Assembly (NCBI RefSeq): GCF_963676685.1
Contig: NC_092346.1
Location: forward strand, 26,040,001 to 26,104,000
Direction: 5' to 3'
Source: Mytilus edulis
Lineage: Eukaryota
Length of the DNA: 64,000 nt
A program made the position numbers and the translations under genes. Below, piece after piece: positions 38,761-53,000 of the stretch (positions are counted from its first letter, which is position 1; each line of letters begins with the position of its first letter). The notes beneath the pieces were generated by a model that was not told the DNA's origin, did not search any database, and was given only the letters and a program-made list of their open reading frames with translations.

Positions 38761-41080
38761 TAATAATATCCTATTCTAGTGATCTAATTAGATAGAGTGT
38801 ATATCTAATGATTTTTAGATAGCGTGAAGATAAATATATTTGCCCTTTATATTCTAGATGTTTAGAGTTTATGTTGTGATGTTGGCATTTTGAGTGGCCA
38901 GACAACTGTCGGGGTTCTGCCTACGGCTAAAAATTGTTGTTCAGTGGAGTGTTTAATTTTGTTTCCCTCATAGGTTTGCCCATCTTGTTGTTCATCACTG
39001 TTGATGGTAGTTGTGGGGTGCTGGTTTTGTATATTAGCCGCTATGTGGGTGCCAATAACCATTGGGAAGTCTGGCTGAGGTGGTTTATTGGTAGGTTTTT
39101 CTTTTTGTGACTTTTTCTGTTCTTGAAGATGTTTTACTCGCGTGTTGTTGTGGTTTGAAAGTGTTTCTTGTTTCTCGTTTAGATATAGATTAGACCGTTG
39201 GTTTATCCGTTTGGATGGTTTTACACTAGTCATTTGTGGAGCCCTTTATAGCTTGCTGTTTGGTGTGAGCCAATGCTCCGTGTTGAAGACCGTACTTAGA
39301 CATATAATGGTTTATTTTTACAATAATGATTTGGATCGAGAGTTATCTCATTGGCACTCATACCATATCTTTCTTCTGCTGTTGTTGTTAGAAGTTGGTA
39401 TCTGTTCGTGTATTGTGTTATGACTTCGGTTTTGTATATTACTATTCCCTGTATGGAAAGGACGTTGTATTTCTTTGACTAAATGGAAGTATCGGTGAGT
39501 TCTGGAGATTCATGGCTGGTTTGGCTTGGTAATGCAAGTCTACCATATCGGTTGATGATGACGTGATGTTTATTTCCATGCTTGAAATGTGCCTGATATT
39601 ATTCAGGATTTTGGTGTTGTTTAGAAAGATCAGCTAGCTTGGCCTCCCATGCATACTGGTCATTTACTATAAACTATACCATATTTGCAACTCTTGATGT
39701 TGTTGAGTAGATAATCTAAATTATTTAGGACCAATATTGATTGAAGTAAGCACTTGTGATTTGCTGTTAAATAATTAGCTGATCTGCAAATTAGCTTGTA
39801 TTCCATGCCGACTGCAGCAGCAACTATTTAACAAAGTACTTTCCAAATTATTCCTGAGTTTTATATCCATTCCCGGTGATCAATTTCATTAGTTTTGCAA
39901 TTTCTCGAAACCAGATTTGGACTAGGTGTTGACTAGGGTGAATACTGTCTCTATAAAGGGTGTAATTAAAGTATTACAAAGTGTCTCTATGTGAACAGGT
40001 ATGGTGTTATGATCTGGATTTTAAGACGACTGAGAAATCTTGAGAGTGTGTATTTTTACTGACTGGTTTTAATATTGTATCTTTTCGTTGACAATATGTA
40101 TTTGCTCTGCTTATGCTTTGTCTTGATCTCAGTATGTCTTTGATGTTGATTGTAGGTTTTGATACAGTATATTGGAATTTCTTGAAATGTAAGTTGACCC
40201 GAAGATATTCAGCAATAAGAATTTTGCAGTTTTCCAGATGCTTTATTATATGTTTGATAGAGCTTGTTTTTTCTGAAGTAAGGGTTATATAATTTTGTGT
40301 CTGTAGTTTTTGTAGTAAGGTTACATGTGCCTAGCCATGTTTACAAGACAATATCTTTAAGCTGATATAAATGTATTGGTAATATTCTCTATAATTCACA
40401 AGGTCAGTACCCTTGTTGGAACTCAAGACCAACAATACCTGAAATCACAAGATTATAACATGTTTTTGCAATCCACCAAAAAAGATGAGAATTTCCAGAA
40501 AGCAACTACACAAGATATATCACATATTTTTTATTTATATTAATATACAAGTAAATAGCACATTGTAAAAATATCAGTAAAATATCACAGAATATTTATG
40601 TCTAAGATCCACTTTAACCTTCAACCTAACAGTACTTTGGACGAACTGTGGTTTAACCTGATTTTTCAATATCATAACTGGTTTTCACAATAATACAATT
40701 TAAATTAATTGAATAATACTTTTCAATCTATCAAAATAGTCTTTTTAGTGTTGCAAAATCATAAATTTAAGGTGTTTTTTTTTATAAAACGGAAAATTTA
40801 TTATATATAAAAATACAATAAAGTTTAACTTCTACTTTATGATGAAAACATTTATAGGTAGTAACCATCTTTTGATTTCTAATTCTATACTAACCATTCA
40901 TACATGAAAAGTTGCATTTAGTATTCAAAATTACAAAATATACTAAAAATTTTCTGCTTGAGCTGAACCTGCTAGAACTATGAAATCTTTTTAAGGCAGA
41001 ATCACTTCCCTTCAAAGCCTAAATGCACTTTATCATAAGCCATTTTCTGTCAAACGATTGTTTGTTGTCCCCTAAGGATG

Positions 41081-44000
41081 TCATGTTTTTACAGATTCAT
41101 CGAAATGTACACGTTCCTTTGGACCTGAGAAATAAGCCTCCTTTTCCTCTGAATTTACCGTTGATATTATTTCATCTACTAAAGGTTTGTTCGATGATAA
41201 AAATTTGTTAAGATCTTCTTCATTTGATTTGGCGATTTCCTTGCGTAAAAATTCCACTTCTCTAACAAGTAACTGTCTGTCTTTCATCAGACGACTTTGA
41301 CACGCTATAAGCTCTAAAATCTGCAAAAAAAAAAAATTAATTGATAAACAATGATAAGAGATTAGAAATTCCAATGCAATTCGTTTAAAATTATAGTTTT
41401 CATTGGATGTTGATAAATATTTTACAGGGTTAGATTCTACGTTAAACCAGTCATAACTAAAGATAGCCACCATTTTGAATTCCTGAATCTTTTGGTATGT
41501 AATTTTTCAAATAATAAACAAACAAGTCACATTTCGTTTTCAAAATTTCTTTTTGTCAACAATTATACCATTGAGAAGCGAAAAGTATAAATATGTCTAG
41601 TGGTTTTGTTTGACAATGGGAGTATACATATGATGTCATAGTGGGTCTCATTGGGGTCTAAACGTGACGCGGAATTGCCGATTTTTCGTAAGCGTGACAC
41701 GGGAAAGTCAAATTATTGTGACGTGAAACGGGAATTAAGGTCTAGCAGGACACGGGAAATTACAAAAAAATGAGACTTGCTTAGGTACATAGTATAAATG
41801 GGATACGGGAATCTGACAAAACAGTAAGCGGGATCCGGGATCAGAACCCCCGAATGAGACCCCAGTCATATTGTTTTACATAATGGTATGACAAATCCAA
41901 TCCCATTTGTTTCTTGTAGGTTTTGAGGAGAAAGTTGTATTGAAAAGATATACAGTAATAAGTCAAGTTAAAATAATGAGTAACAAGAATTTTAACATAT
42001 GAAAGAATCTTGTAACTAAAAATTGCTCAAACAATTTAAAAACATAAACTTTATAACAAAATGTAAATCCTAAACAAATGCTAACTTATACCAACTGAGT
42101 GCTATAGAAAAATGTAAAAAGAAAGACATGACATTGAGATCAAAATAATGTTAAAGGTTGCATCAATTACATTACACATTGATAAAAGTTATTGAAAATC
42201 TATTTTCAGTTCTTGTCAAACTATGAGACACTTTGTGTACATATAAAATGTAAGCTATAAGCAACAATGGGGAGTAATTTATTGAGAATCTGAAGTATAT
42301 ATATTTAATCCTTGAACAAACAAAATAAATGCTACAAATGGCAAGGGGAGATTACTCTTTAAGTCTAAAAATTGCATCAGAAAATTTATGTTTTTCTGGC
42401 TACATGAAAAAAGATCAGCCAACAATCTCTAAGAAAAAGATGATATCTGAAAATATTTATTTTGTTTTAGTTATCTCCCCTTAATGGAATGATTACGAAT
42501 GCCATGAAACTGACAATGAATATATACACATGGCTACATCCATATTTTTTGGTTCTACAAGGTTATACTTTATATAGAATTCCAAAGATTTTTTTTATAA
42601 CTTTTCTTTATTCAAACATTGCTGTATAGCTCTTTTTGGATAAAGCAGGGGAGACAATTCAAATTTCCTGAAATTTGAATAAGCAATTGTTTTGTCCAAA
42701 AAACACTACATCTACTTGTAACTTATATAAATTGTAACTCTTTTGTTGTAATTTTCTTAGATTAGAAATAAGAGAATTTGGTAAATCATCATATTTTGAA
42801 AAAGAAAAACCTGACATCTAGCAGCAAACATACCTGTTGTGACTGATTTTGACCATGGTCATCCAACATTTTTAACCTCTCTGTCATTTTCTTGTGTACT
42901 CTGTCATGTTGTTCACTCTGCTCTTCTAAAGTGGTCATATGTGTTACAGCTCTTTCTAATCGATGTCGTAACTCATCATTTTGAGTTCTTAAATTACCAC
43001 ACTCACTCCTGCAAAGAAAATACATAATAAAATAAATGCCTTGAAACCAGTTTGAAAAATTGTATATGAACTTTTTTCTATGTGTTAAATGCAGGTTATA
43101 ATTGTTTTTAAATGCTTGATTCTACAAAGAGTTATGTGAAAATAATGTTGACAATACTACCTCTAGCCTCTTAGAAATGTACAAATCTTTAGAAAAATGC
43201 AATACTATAGGGTTATTGCATGAATATTGGGGAATATTGTCCCGAGTAGAATTTTATATTGCACGAGGTTGCTAGTGCAATATATGTTCTACGAGGGACA
43301 ATATTCCCCAATATTCATGCAAAAACCCTTTTATTGTATAGCAATATAATATTTGAAAGTAAAAATTGGTTTAAATTAAGATTTTGTCGTTGGTGACATC
43401 ATGAATTTTGAAGATTTATTGCACTAGTGCAATATTAGAATTTATTGCATGCTAACTTTTGGTTATTTTCTGTGGGAAATATTATATTGCTATGCAATAA
43501 ATATTCTTTTTAGCTTTTAAAAAAATATTTTCTTCCTTGGATTGTTTCACATTTTTATCCAAGGACCAATTATAGCTTACAGTAGGGTATGGATTTTACA
43601 TTATATGTTGTTCACATTTTGTCATGATAAGCATTTTATAGCTTAGTATACACTACGGAATTTTCTTGCTGCTGAAGGCTGTTCTGTGACCTTTAGTTGT
43701 TTACCTCTGTGTCCTTTATTGGTGACTAGTTTTCTCATTGTCAAATCTTCTTTTTCTTTAATCAAATTATAACAAACAAACCTATTTTTCTTGACTAGTT
43801 TTTCTACTTGAGCTGTCTGCCGTTTACATTCCTCCCTCAACTTTCCAATCAGACGATTTTGTTTCTTTAACATTACATCCATGTCATGTGTTGTTCTGGC
43901 TACAATTAAAAGAAAAATAGCTACACGTCATTTACTTTCAATGATACTACTAAATAGAGTTTAATGACGACTACACTTGCGGGTATTGCGCCATTTTACC

Positions 44001-47000
44001 TTATATAAAAACATATCTAATATATGTTTTAAATTTATTATTATTTAGGAATTAACCTTTATTATATATTCATATTATAGAATATTGTGAGGTTTTTATT
44101 CCCCCTAAATTTAATCTTAATTTAAATCTAAACTCTGGTGTGTATTTTAATTACCTTATTTATCTTGTGTTTAATTTATAGAGAGAAGAAAAGTTTATGT
44201 GAGCTTATTATTCCTTCATATGTAATTTAGCCTGCTTTGTTCGCAAATATTAAATAATTTGGTAAATAGGTGTGTTTGTTGTTTATACATGATATACATG
44301 AAAACTGTCAATATCAAATACTCTTGGATAGACATATCTGACTTTTCCAAATATGCAAATCCTAGAAGGGGTCTGACATATTCTCGTACATGGTATATAC
44401 ATTTATACAAGTACACTGTGGCTTGTACATCCTTGGCAATGTAATTCTCTGTATATTGAATTTGACTGAAGATAGCACCTTCACTTATAAAAGATTCTTA
44501 AACTTACGTTCTAGAAAAAAATATATATAGTATTACAGTGTATGTATAATTAAGAACTGTAAGATTAATGTATTGTTGTAACAGTTATCAAAGGTACCAG
44601 GATTATAATTTAGTACGCCAGACGTGGTCGAGGATCCAAAATTCCAAAAAGTTGTGCCAAATACGGCTAAGGTAATCTATGCCTGGGATAAGAAAATCCT
44701 TAGTGTTTCGAAAAATACAAAGTTTTGAAAACAGGAAATTTAGAAAAATGACCACATTATTGATATTCATGTCAACACCGGAGTGTTGACTACTGGGCTG
44801 GTGATACCCTCAGGGACATATTTGTGTGTAATAAATTGTGTAATAAATTGCAAGTGTTAATGTTTTGCTGTTAAATACAGTATTGATACCAGAGAGTGCT
44901 ATCTTGGTAGTACTTGTTTTAGTGTACTACTTTAAAAAACTTTCGTAAAGTTTTTAGTGTATATGATATTTTCAAGATAAAAGTAAAAGCAGAGCTTTTG
45001 TAGTCTCTTTTAAATTTTTTTCATAGCTTGTATAGACTTTGGGTACTAAGAGCTAACACTTTTTCATTGTTGCAAATCCTTTGTTTACCTCTAGATGATT
45101 TAATAGTGTTGATTGGTTTTAATGTAAATGTAAACTATGCTTAAATCAGTCTAGATTAAAGGGGTTCAAATACTGACAGGCATTAATCTTTTTAAAATCA
45201 CATTTTCAAAAAAGAAGAATCTTCATCCTTGTCAGATCAATAGAGAAACATACCATTTTTCTCTTCAACATCTTCAATAAAACTGCCCAATTGTTCTTCT
45301 CTCTGTTTGGCACGGATAGACACAGCTTTCATATCTTCATTTCGTCCCCTTTCTATACTGTCTCGTGCTAATTTAGCCAGATGCAGCTAAAAATAGATAT
45401 CAGAGTAATTTATTCATGTAATAGAAATAAGGTTTTTGAAAGTATAATTTCTAATTATGCAAGAATAAAATTAACAGTATTGTGGAATAAATTTTTCTGA
45501 CATATACACAACATTTCTTTAGATATAATTATAATTATCTATTTTTCTTTCATTCTTTTAATAAGGCAACCTTTATTTCTATTGATAACTCAAAACACCT
45601 GTATTATATAGATCAAAACATTATTTAAAATGCAGGTTTAACTTCTAGCAAAACCTCAAGTTTGAATGACATACCTTAAGTTTCTGAGATTCCATTTTAG
45701 GTGACGAATATTTTAAAATCCTTTTCTTGTTTTTTTTATAATTTTTAGGTTACTTTTCATCATACATTTGATTTTTTTTCTGAATTATCATGAAATGTAA
45801 CCAGAATTTTCGTGTTACCTGAATTTTCACAGTGCATGCATGCATGGGTCACACATGGATAATCCTTTTTGTTGGGTAAGTTTTCATCATCATTTCTTAT
45901 CAATTTTCCAGATTTAATTTTTTTTCAGATTCAAATACATGTGTAATTCCTTGTTATCTGTGTAATCTATTTACCTCTCTTTCTAATGCCTGTGTATTTG
46001 ATGTGAGATGAATACATTCTTCTTTACTATTTACTAAATCTCTCTCTGCTTTTTTCAATCTTCTCCTTAAATCTTCAATTTCCATTGACATTCTGCTCTT
46101 TTCCTTAAAGAACATATATAAACTCATAAGTCACCAATAATAAAACTAAAAGAGTCAACAACACAATTGCATAATTAGGAAAATTTTGTTAAATCTTCCT
46201 AAAATAACCTCAAATTTAGACTATAAGACTTTTTTTTAAATGAACTCTGTTTGAATTACTAGTTTTATAACAAGTTCAGAAGACACTTGACCACTAGCCT
46301 TTGTTTTATTATAAATGTATTGTCACCTACCTGTTTTGTCTCTACCGCATGTTCTTCAAATGCCTTCTTTGTTTTGCTTAGTTCTAGTACAGCATGACTC
46401 TTTTGGATACTAGCATGAGTTGATTCTTGTCTGAATGTGTCATGGGCCTTTAAATTTAAAGAAATACAAATAGTTCATACTTGTACATCTTTTCTGTGTG
46501 TAAATACTCTTAAAAGAGTCACTGGAGAAATTCCTTTACTTATTCTACTTGAATTGAATTTCACTTAGTCAATGTTATTGCTCTTTTAAGAGACATATAG
46601 GAGACAAAATATCATGTATCATGTGTACTTTTGAGTTTTTGTTCCAGCAATTAAAGATGACATCAATGTTCAAGCTTCTATTGTTTATACTAAAATATCT
46701 TTCCTAAGTAAATCGAGTGTATTCATTTTATGAATTAAAACAAAGCTGAAACATCTTTATTTAAATTGATTCCCAATTTTTATTTAAAATAAGCAATGAA
46801 AATCTTTCATCAAGAAGCCGTTACTTATTATTTCAACTTTTTCTATGCACTGTATATGATTTGTATAGCAACATCTAGGTTTTCTTGATTTGTATAGCAA
46901 CATCGGTTTTCTTGATTTGTGTTCCTGAATCTGTATTTTTAGTATATAAATAACTTACAATAGATGATTCTTTGTCAAATCTTTTAAGTTGTAACTTTGT

Positions 47001-50000
47001 TTCATCTAGTTCTCCAATCAGAGCCACTTTGTCTCGAGACAGCTTCTCTAACTCTGCAGACCATGCTGCATTCTTTTCCAAGGTCTCTCTGAGCTAAAGA
47101 ACAAAAAAATAAACCGAACCAAACATCACTAGTTCCTTTAATGCCATTTTGTTTTTCTTTAACAATTTTTTTAAGAGGCTAAAGATAAAAGCTGTAAAAA
47201 TCGTTTTAGAGACTTGGGTTAGGGAGAAATTATCATTGTTTCAGGTGAATTTCAATGAATTATGCTGTACTTCTGCTTTTAATTTCATTATAGCTTTATT
47301 CAAAATTTTCACGGTAATTTTCAGATTTTAAATAATTTATTTAAATCATTATTTTGCCCATTTCAAATTTAATTCATATGAAAGGATATCAGTTTACATC
47401 TAAAAATTGAAAACACAACTTATTATTACTTTTACATTCTCTTTTCTTAAATACTCTATTTTTTTCTATCCTAGATATTAAAATCAATACCAATAACAAC
47501 TTGTTATTTTCAATAAATTAAAAAAATCATCAATACCTTAGCATTCAGTTCGTCAACAAGAAGTTTATTTTCTCTACGGACAGATTCTCTTTCCTCATGG
47601 AGTCGAGCCTGAGTATCAAGAATGCTTCTGTCAAATCTCTCCTTCATATTGTTTAATTCTTCCGCTAATTGTTCTTTCTGTACTAATGCCTGAATATAAA
47701 ATGAAATAGCATATCAATATTTCTTGTACAGTAAATCATACACACTCGCTATTTTTCTTGCATTTTGTCATTTTCATTGAAGACAACGAAGCTATATATT
47801 ATATAAAATAAAATATCAGGAAACCTGAATAGCTTTATCAACAAACATTATCACATTGGTTGCAGTGAAATACAATGATTTCCTATTAAATAAATTTGGT
47901 GTTTTTATTGTCTTCTGATTGGTTAAAATTATTAGTTTTATTTTCAATGTTGATAATTTTGATGGCGACACACCCACTCTGACGTTGTGTATTCATACGC
48001 CAACATGTGTGTACGTTGTTATTGTTAATATAGATAATACAAAAAGTTGTTTGGGCCTTATTTTTGATAGAAATTTATTCATAATGAATGGCAATAATTT
48101 ATTTTAACTTTATTGAACCATAAAACTAATTTTTGACTCTTCACATTTTACATAATCCGCTTCGCGGATTATTCAATGTGAAGAGTCAAAAATTAGTTTT
48201 ATGGTTCAATAAATTCAATAGTTATCAAAGGTACCAGGATTATAATTTAGTACGCCAGACGCGCGTTTCGTCTACATAAGACTCATCAGTGACGCTCAAA
48301 TCAAAATATTTATAAAACCAAACAAGTACAAAGTTGAAGAGCATTGAGGATCCAAAATTCCAAAAAGTTGTGCCAAATACGGCTTAGGTAATCTATGCCT
48401 GGGACAAGAAAATCCTTAGTTTTTCGAAAAATTCTAAGTTTTGTAAACAGGAAATTTATAAAAATGACCACATTATTGATATTCATGTCAACACCGAAGT
48501 ATTGACTACTGGGCTGGTGATACCCTCGGGGACGAAACGTCCACCAGCAGTGACATCGACCCAGTGGTGTTAATAGTTATCAAAGGTACCAGGATTATAA
48601 TTTAGTACGCCAGACGCGCGTTTCGTCTACATAAGACTCATCAGTAACGCTCAAATCAAAATATTTATAAAACAAATCAAAATAGATAAAAACCATTCAT
48701 TAAGTATAATAAAACAGATGTTTTAATCCTCTGACCTCATTCAACAATACACCGTTTTAGAATCTAATGCATTCTGGGTAATATTTTCAAAAGCGTACAC
48801 CAAAATGTTTCATACCTGTCAACCTGTGACGATGAAAATGCAGGTCATGACCTGCATTGAAGAATCAAATCTCAGGTCATAACGCATACGAACTTTTTCG
48901 AGCTGAATTTCAGTATTTATGGTACATTTTCTTATAATGTATATCAAATATACCAAAACATCAATGCATGTTCACTTTGTTAAGTCATTTTAAATCTTAT
49001 TAAATATTATTTCATTGCACTTTTAAAGATTTTTATAAATTTGTGTAGCTCAGTCTTATGTGCTTTACTTTTTGAGGAAAAATACTGCAATCATCAAACA
49101 CTAGAATTTAATGTAATTCTTAAATGTTTGAGACTATTGACTATGTAGCCTTTAACCATACTATACTTCTTTCAATAATTTCAACAAGGAAATTAGACTA
49201 TGATAAAATATAGTAATACAGTTAAAGGAAGTATAAATGTAAAAAATAATTTTCAACTTTTTAAAAAAAATGTATAAAGGTATAAAAATAATGAAAAGTT
49301 ATTTTTCAATGTGTATTTGAATTTTATATTTTTATGATTTAATCTTTTTCACCCATAAAACGTAAATATAAGGAATAATTTTGAATGGTGACAAATAAGG
49401 GGAAGTAACTCTAGTTCAGTTTGTAAACCAATGCCATTGGCAATGGTGCAATTTATTTACGACTTAAAGCTAAGGTAATTGGTGTTAATTAACAGTGTGT
49501 TTGACACCAAAACTGTCAAGTGAAGCCATGCACTTAATGGGTCACTTAATTTGACAGTTTACATAGCTAGATGAACTTCCTGTTCATGGAAGAATTACGA
49601 ATTTGCTGGTATTTCAAAGGAATATTACTTATGAAATCAATCTCAAGGCTAAGAAATACGGGTGAAATCAGGTCATTTTCGGAATTCCTGGGTTATTTCA
49701 ATGACCTGGCGGGTGTTCCGGGTGATCCCTCAGAATTATGAAAATCTCGGGTCACACCCGCAGAATACGGGTCAGTTGACAGGTATGATGTTGTGATTGG
49801 TTCAAAACGTTTTAAACAATGGAAATCCATCCAATGACGTAACATTATTTTCATTTTAATGTACGAACAATGAGATTACTTTAGTCCTTTAGATTCTGAA
49901 AAGGTGAATTGCTGTTGTCAGGGCCTTGAATCAATATACCGTGGTAAACTGAAAATGCATAGAAGATATAGTTTCATGCATTTTCTACTTTATTCCCATA

Positions 50001-53000
50001 AAAAGAGTTCATGGTCAATGTAATTAAAAAATAACTAATCCAAAAATTCAAACATTGAAAAATACACATATTGACCAAGCAACACAGATAATTAAATCAT
50101 GCACTGTATAAAATAGTGCATTAACGTGTCGTTTAGGTCACTTGTGAAATATTTTTCTACAAATGTATATTTCAATTCTTTGACCAGTTATTTTATAAGT
50201 ATCTACACTAACAGTAATGCAGACATTACCTGTGTCTGTTCAAGTTGAGCTTGTTCTACCAGTTCTATGCCTTTCTTCATTTGTCCATAAGCTTCATCCT
50301 CTCTATGGTTCATTTCATGTACCCGAGTCTTTAAACTGGTAACCTGATCCATTAATTCATCTCTTTCCCTGTTAAATATTAACAATAAACACATGAAATA
50401 ACTTGGTTGTTTCAAAGAAATAATAAAAATGCCATGATTCACTGTAACAAGATTCATTCAATGTTGATACTTAATTTTGAAAACGCCACTATGAAAAGAG
50501 TTTGGTAAGTAAAGTTGTCTGCAAACTGAAATTAATTATGTTATATGATAATAAATATATTACTCTAATTTTTTTGTGTTCATTTATTTTATGTTTTACT
50601 AATTTTTTTTTATCTCTATATTTAACATGGCACCACAAAAATATATTAAAACTTAAAGCATACATAAAAGATTTAATCTGTTTGCCTTATTTAAACAAAA
50701 TATGCTTGTATAATATCTATCTACAGGCCTTCAAAACATTTGATTTGATTTTCTGACTTATCATTGCAAAAAATTTAAAGATTAAAATCAGCAATAAAAA
50801 GTCTTTTCCTATGCTGTTCTTGGGAAGTACATTTTGTGTTTATTGCTATTTCATATGTGTCTTCACCCTATTTTTTTCTAATTGATTGGTTAATTTCAAT
50901 CAAAAACAAATACCAGGGGAATGTCAAACCTATCTTTGTTCTCAATATTTTTTTAAATATATAAGTTCAGAAAGGGAAAAATATTCTGTAATGTTATTTC
51001 ATCTGGAAGAAATATTACAGTATTTGTTTCTGACAGAATAAAGGTTGAAGAAAATTTGTTGGTGTTGGTTGTCTTTTTTGTTAATGTGATTTTTCATATA
51101 TTTTTTTAATAATTTAAATTAAATAAATACCTTGTTAATGAGTTTATAGTATGTACATGGAAAGAGTTGTGACCATCAGCATAGGGCAGGAATCCATTAT
51201 CTCTTGTTGGAATGGAGTCATGAACACGGAGTTGTGATTTATAATCTTCTATCATCTGTTCATATTTTTGTATTTCTGATCTATAAGAGAGAAAAAAAGA
51301 TATCATGGAACAAAAACATTTCAGTTACAAATAAACTCATCATAGATACCAGGACTAAATTTAGTATATACGCCAGATGCACGTTTCGTCTACAAAAGAC
51401 TCATCAGTGACGCTTGAATCCAAAAAAGTTAAAAAGGCCACATAAAGTACGAAGTTGAAGAGCATTGAGGACCAAAATTCCTAAAAGTTTTGCCAAATAC
51501 AGCTAAGGTCATCTTAGAGCCTGTAATTTAGTGGTTGTCGTTTGTTTATTGTGTTTCATATTTGTTTTTCGTTAATTTTTTTATATAAATAAGGCCGTTA
51601 GTTTTCTCGTACTCATAATCCATTGCTGTTTAGACTAGATAGCTTTTTTCATATTTATGATTGGTTAAAATTTAACATGTATAAGGGGAGATAATGAAAT
51701 ATATTTTAAAGAAACCTACCTTGAATGTTCTAACTGTGCTTCCAATCTGTTACATTTAGCTGCATGTAGAGAATTCAATCTTTCCTACAACATAAAAACC
51801 TTTTGAATAGAGTAACACATGAACAGAAATATTTCAATCATTTTCTTTCTCTTTGGTTAATGGAACTTCAATAAAAGGTTCCCTTATTTGTAAAATTATG
51901 GATCTTTGCTAATACAGGTTAAAAGGAACACAAATATACATTGGATATCAGTATTTTTTTTTTTTTTTAACTAAAATCATTTTCATAATTTTAGTTTTTT
52001 AACTGTGATTGAATGCATAAAAGAAGACCCACAAATTTGAGTATCTCCCCTTATGCATGTTGAACTGAAATTATGTTCCTTTTAGCACCAGTTGAGTTCT
52101 CAAACTTTGTAATGTTTCTTCAATATCTGTGCTGCAGTTTTGTTGGCATTAAGCATAAGAGAGTATACCCACACATTAAAGTTATCAGTTTGATTATCTC
52201 CCCTTAACAGTTAGGACTTAATTTATTTAATGTACATGTGGTGTTCTATAAATGTGTCCGAAATAACACTTTCCAATTTTCTTATGTCTGAATTATTAAT
52301 TTGTATATCTGCAAAGAATGATAAACAACAGAAAGTACACAACTGATAGATTTTTTTTATCATATCTTACCATCTCAACTTGTATGTTTTTTAATTCTCT
52401 CTTCTGAAAGATTCTTCCTCCAGTTTCTTCCATGAATAAATCATCCAACTATAAAATTAAAAGAAAGTTAATATTCAAATTAGTTAAAACACAGATTTTT
52501 TTTTTACTGTTTTTTGGTTTATTTTTTGTGCAATTGAATTCTGTCTCAAGAGTCAAGTGTACCTATACCTCTATCTCTTTTATTCATACTTTCAAACTCA
52601 GCCCTGAATTTGACCTCATTTTTGGAATAATTGTTTTGTTTCAGTGGGTTTGATATTTTTTACTTGTTATTTGTTAATATATTCATTGATTTCAAGTTTT
52701 TACTTTAAACCAATCTAGGTCAAGGGTAAGCTTTAAAAGTATAAACAATTTCTTTAAAAAAGTACAAAATTTATTTAGAATACAAATTCATTTGAAACAG
52801 AAAAGAAGAGCTGCAATGTACTAATTTATGACATGTAGTCAAAGGAACATGATGCTGTTTATCATCTCAAAGTCTACAGAGATGCCTCCATCAAGAACAA
52901 TAAACTCATACCTTTCTTCAAATTCAAAATATTGCCTTGAATCAACTGAGTAGATTCTTTGCTAGAGGTAGATAACATAACATCTGATCATTGAAAACTG

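Larger units (their letters stand above)
48217..48673 (-). mobile_element. Non-LTR retrozyme: ~1.3 tandem copies of a 355-bp unit delimited by hammerhead ribozymes
   Basis: Sequence starting AATAGTTATCAAAGGTACCAGG at 48217 recurs at 48572 (period 355); each copy carries an intact type I hammerhead on the minus strand. Confidence 0.85.

Noticed and set aside
38862-39423. ORFs 38862-39233 (-) and 39142-39423 (+)
   Set aside because: Low-complexity LINE-adjacent sequence plus a SINE-like insertion; no splice or domain support.
52912-52983. Extra SDCCAG8 exon (donor AAAG|GTATGA)
   Set aside because: No acceptor gives phases compatible with the flanking phase-0 exons, which join cleanly without it.
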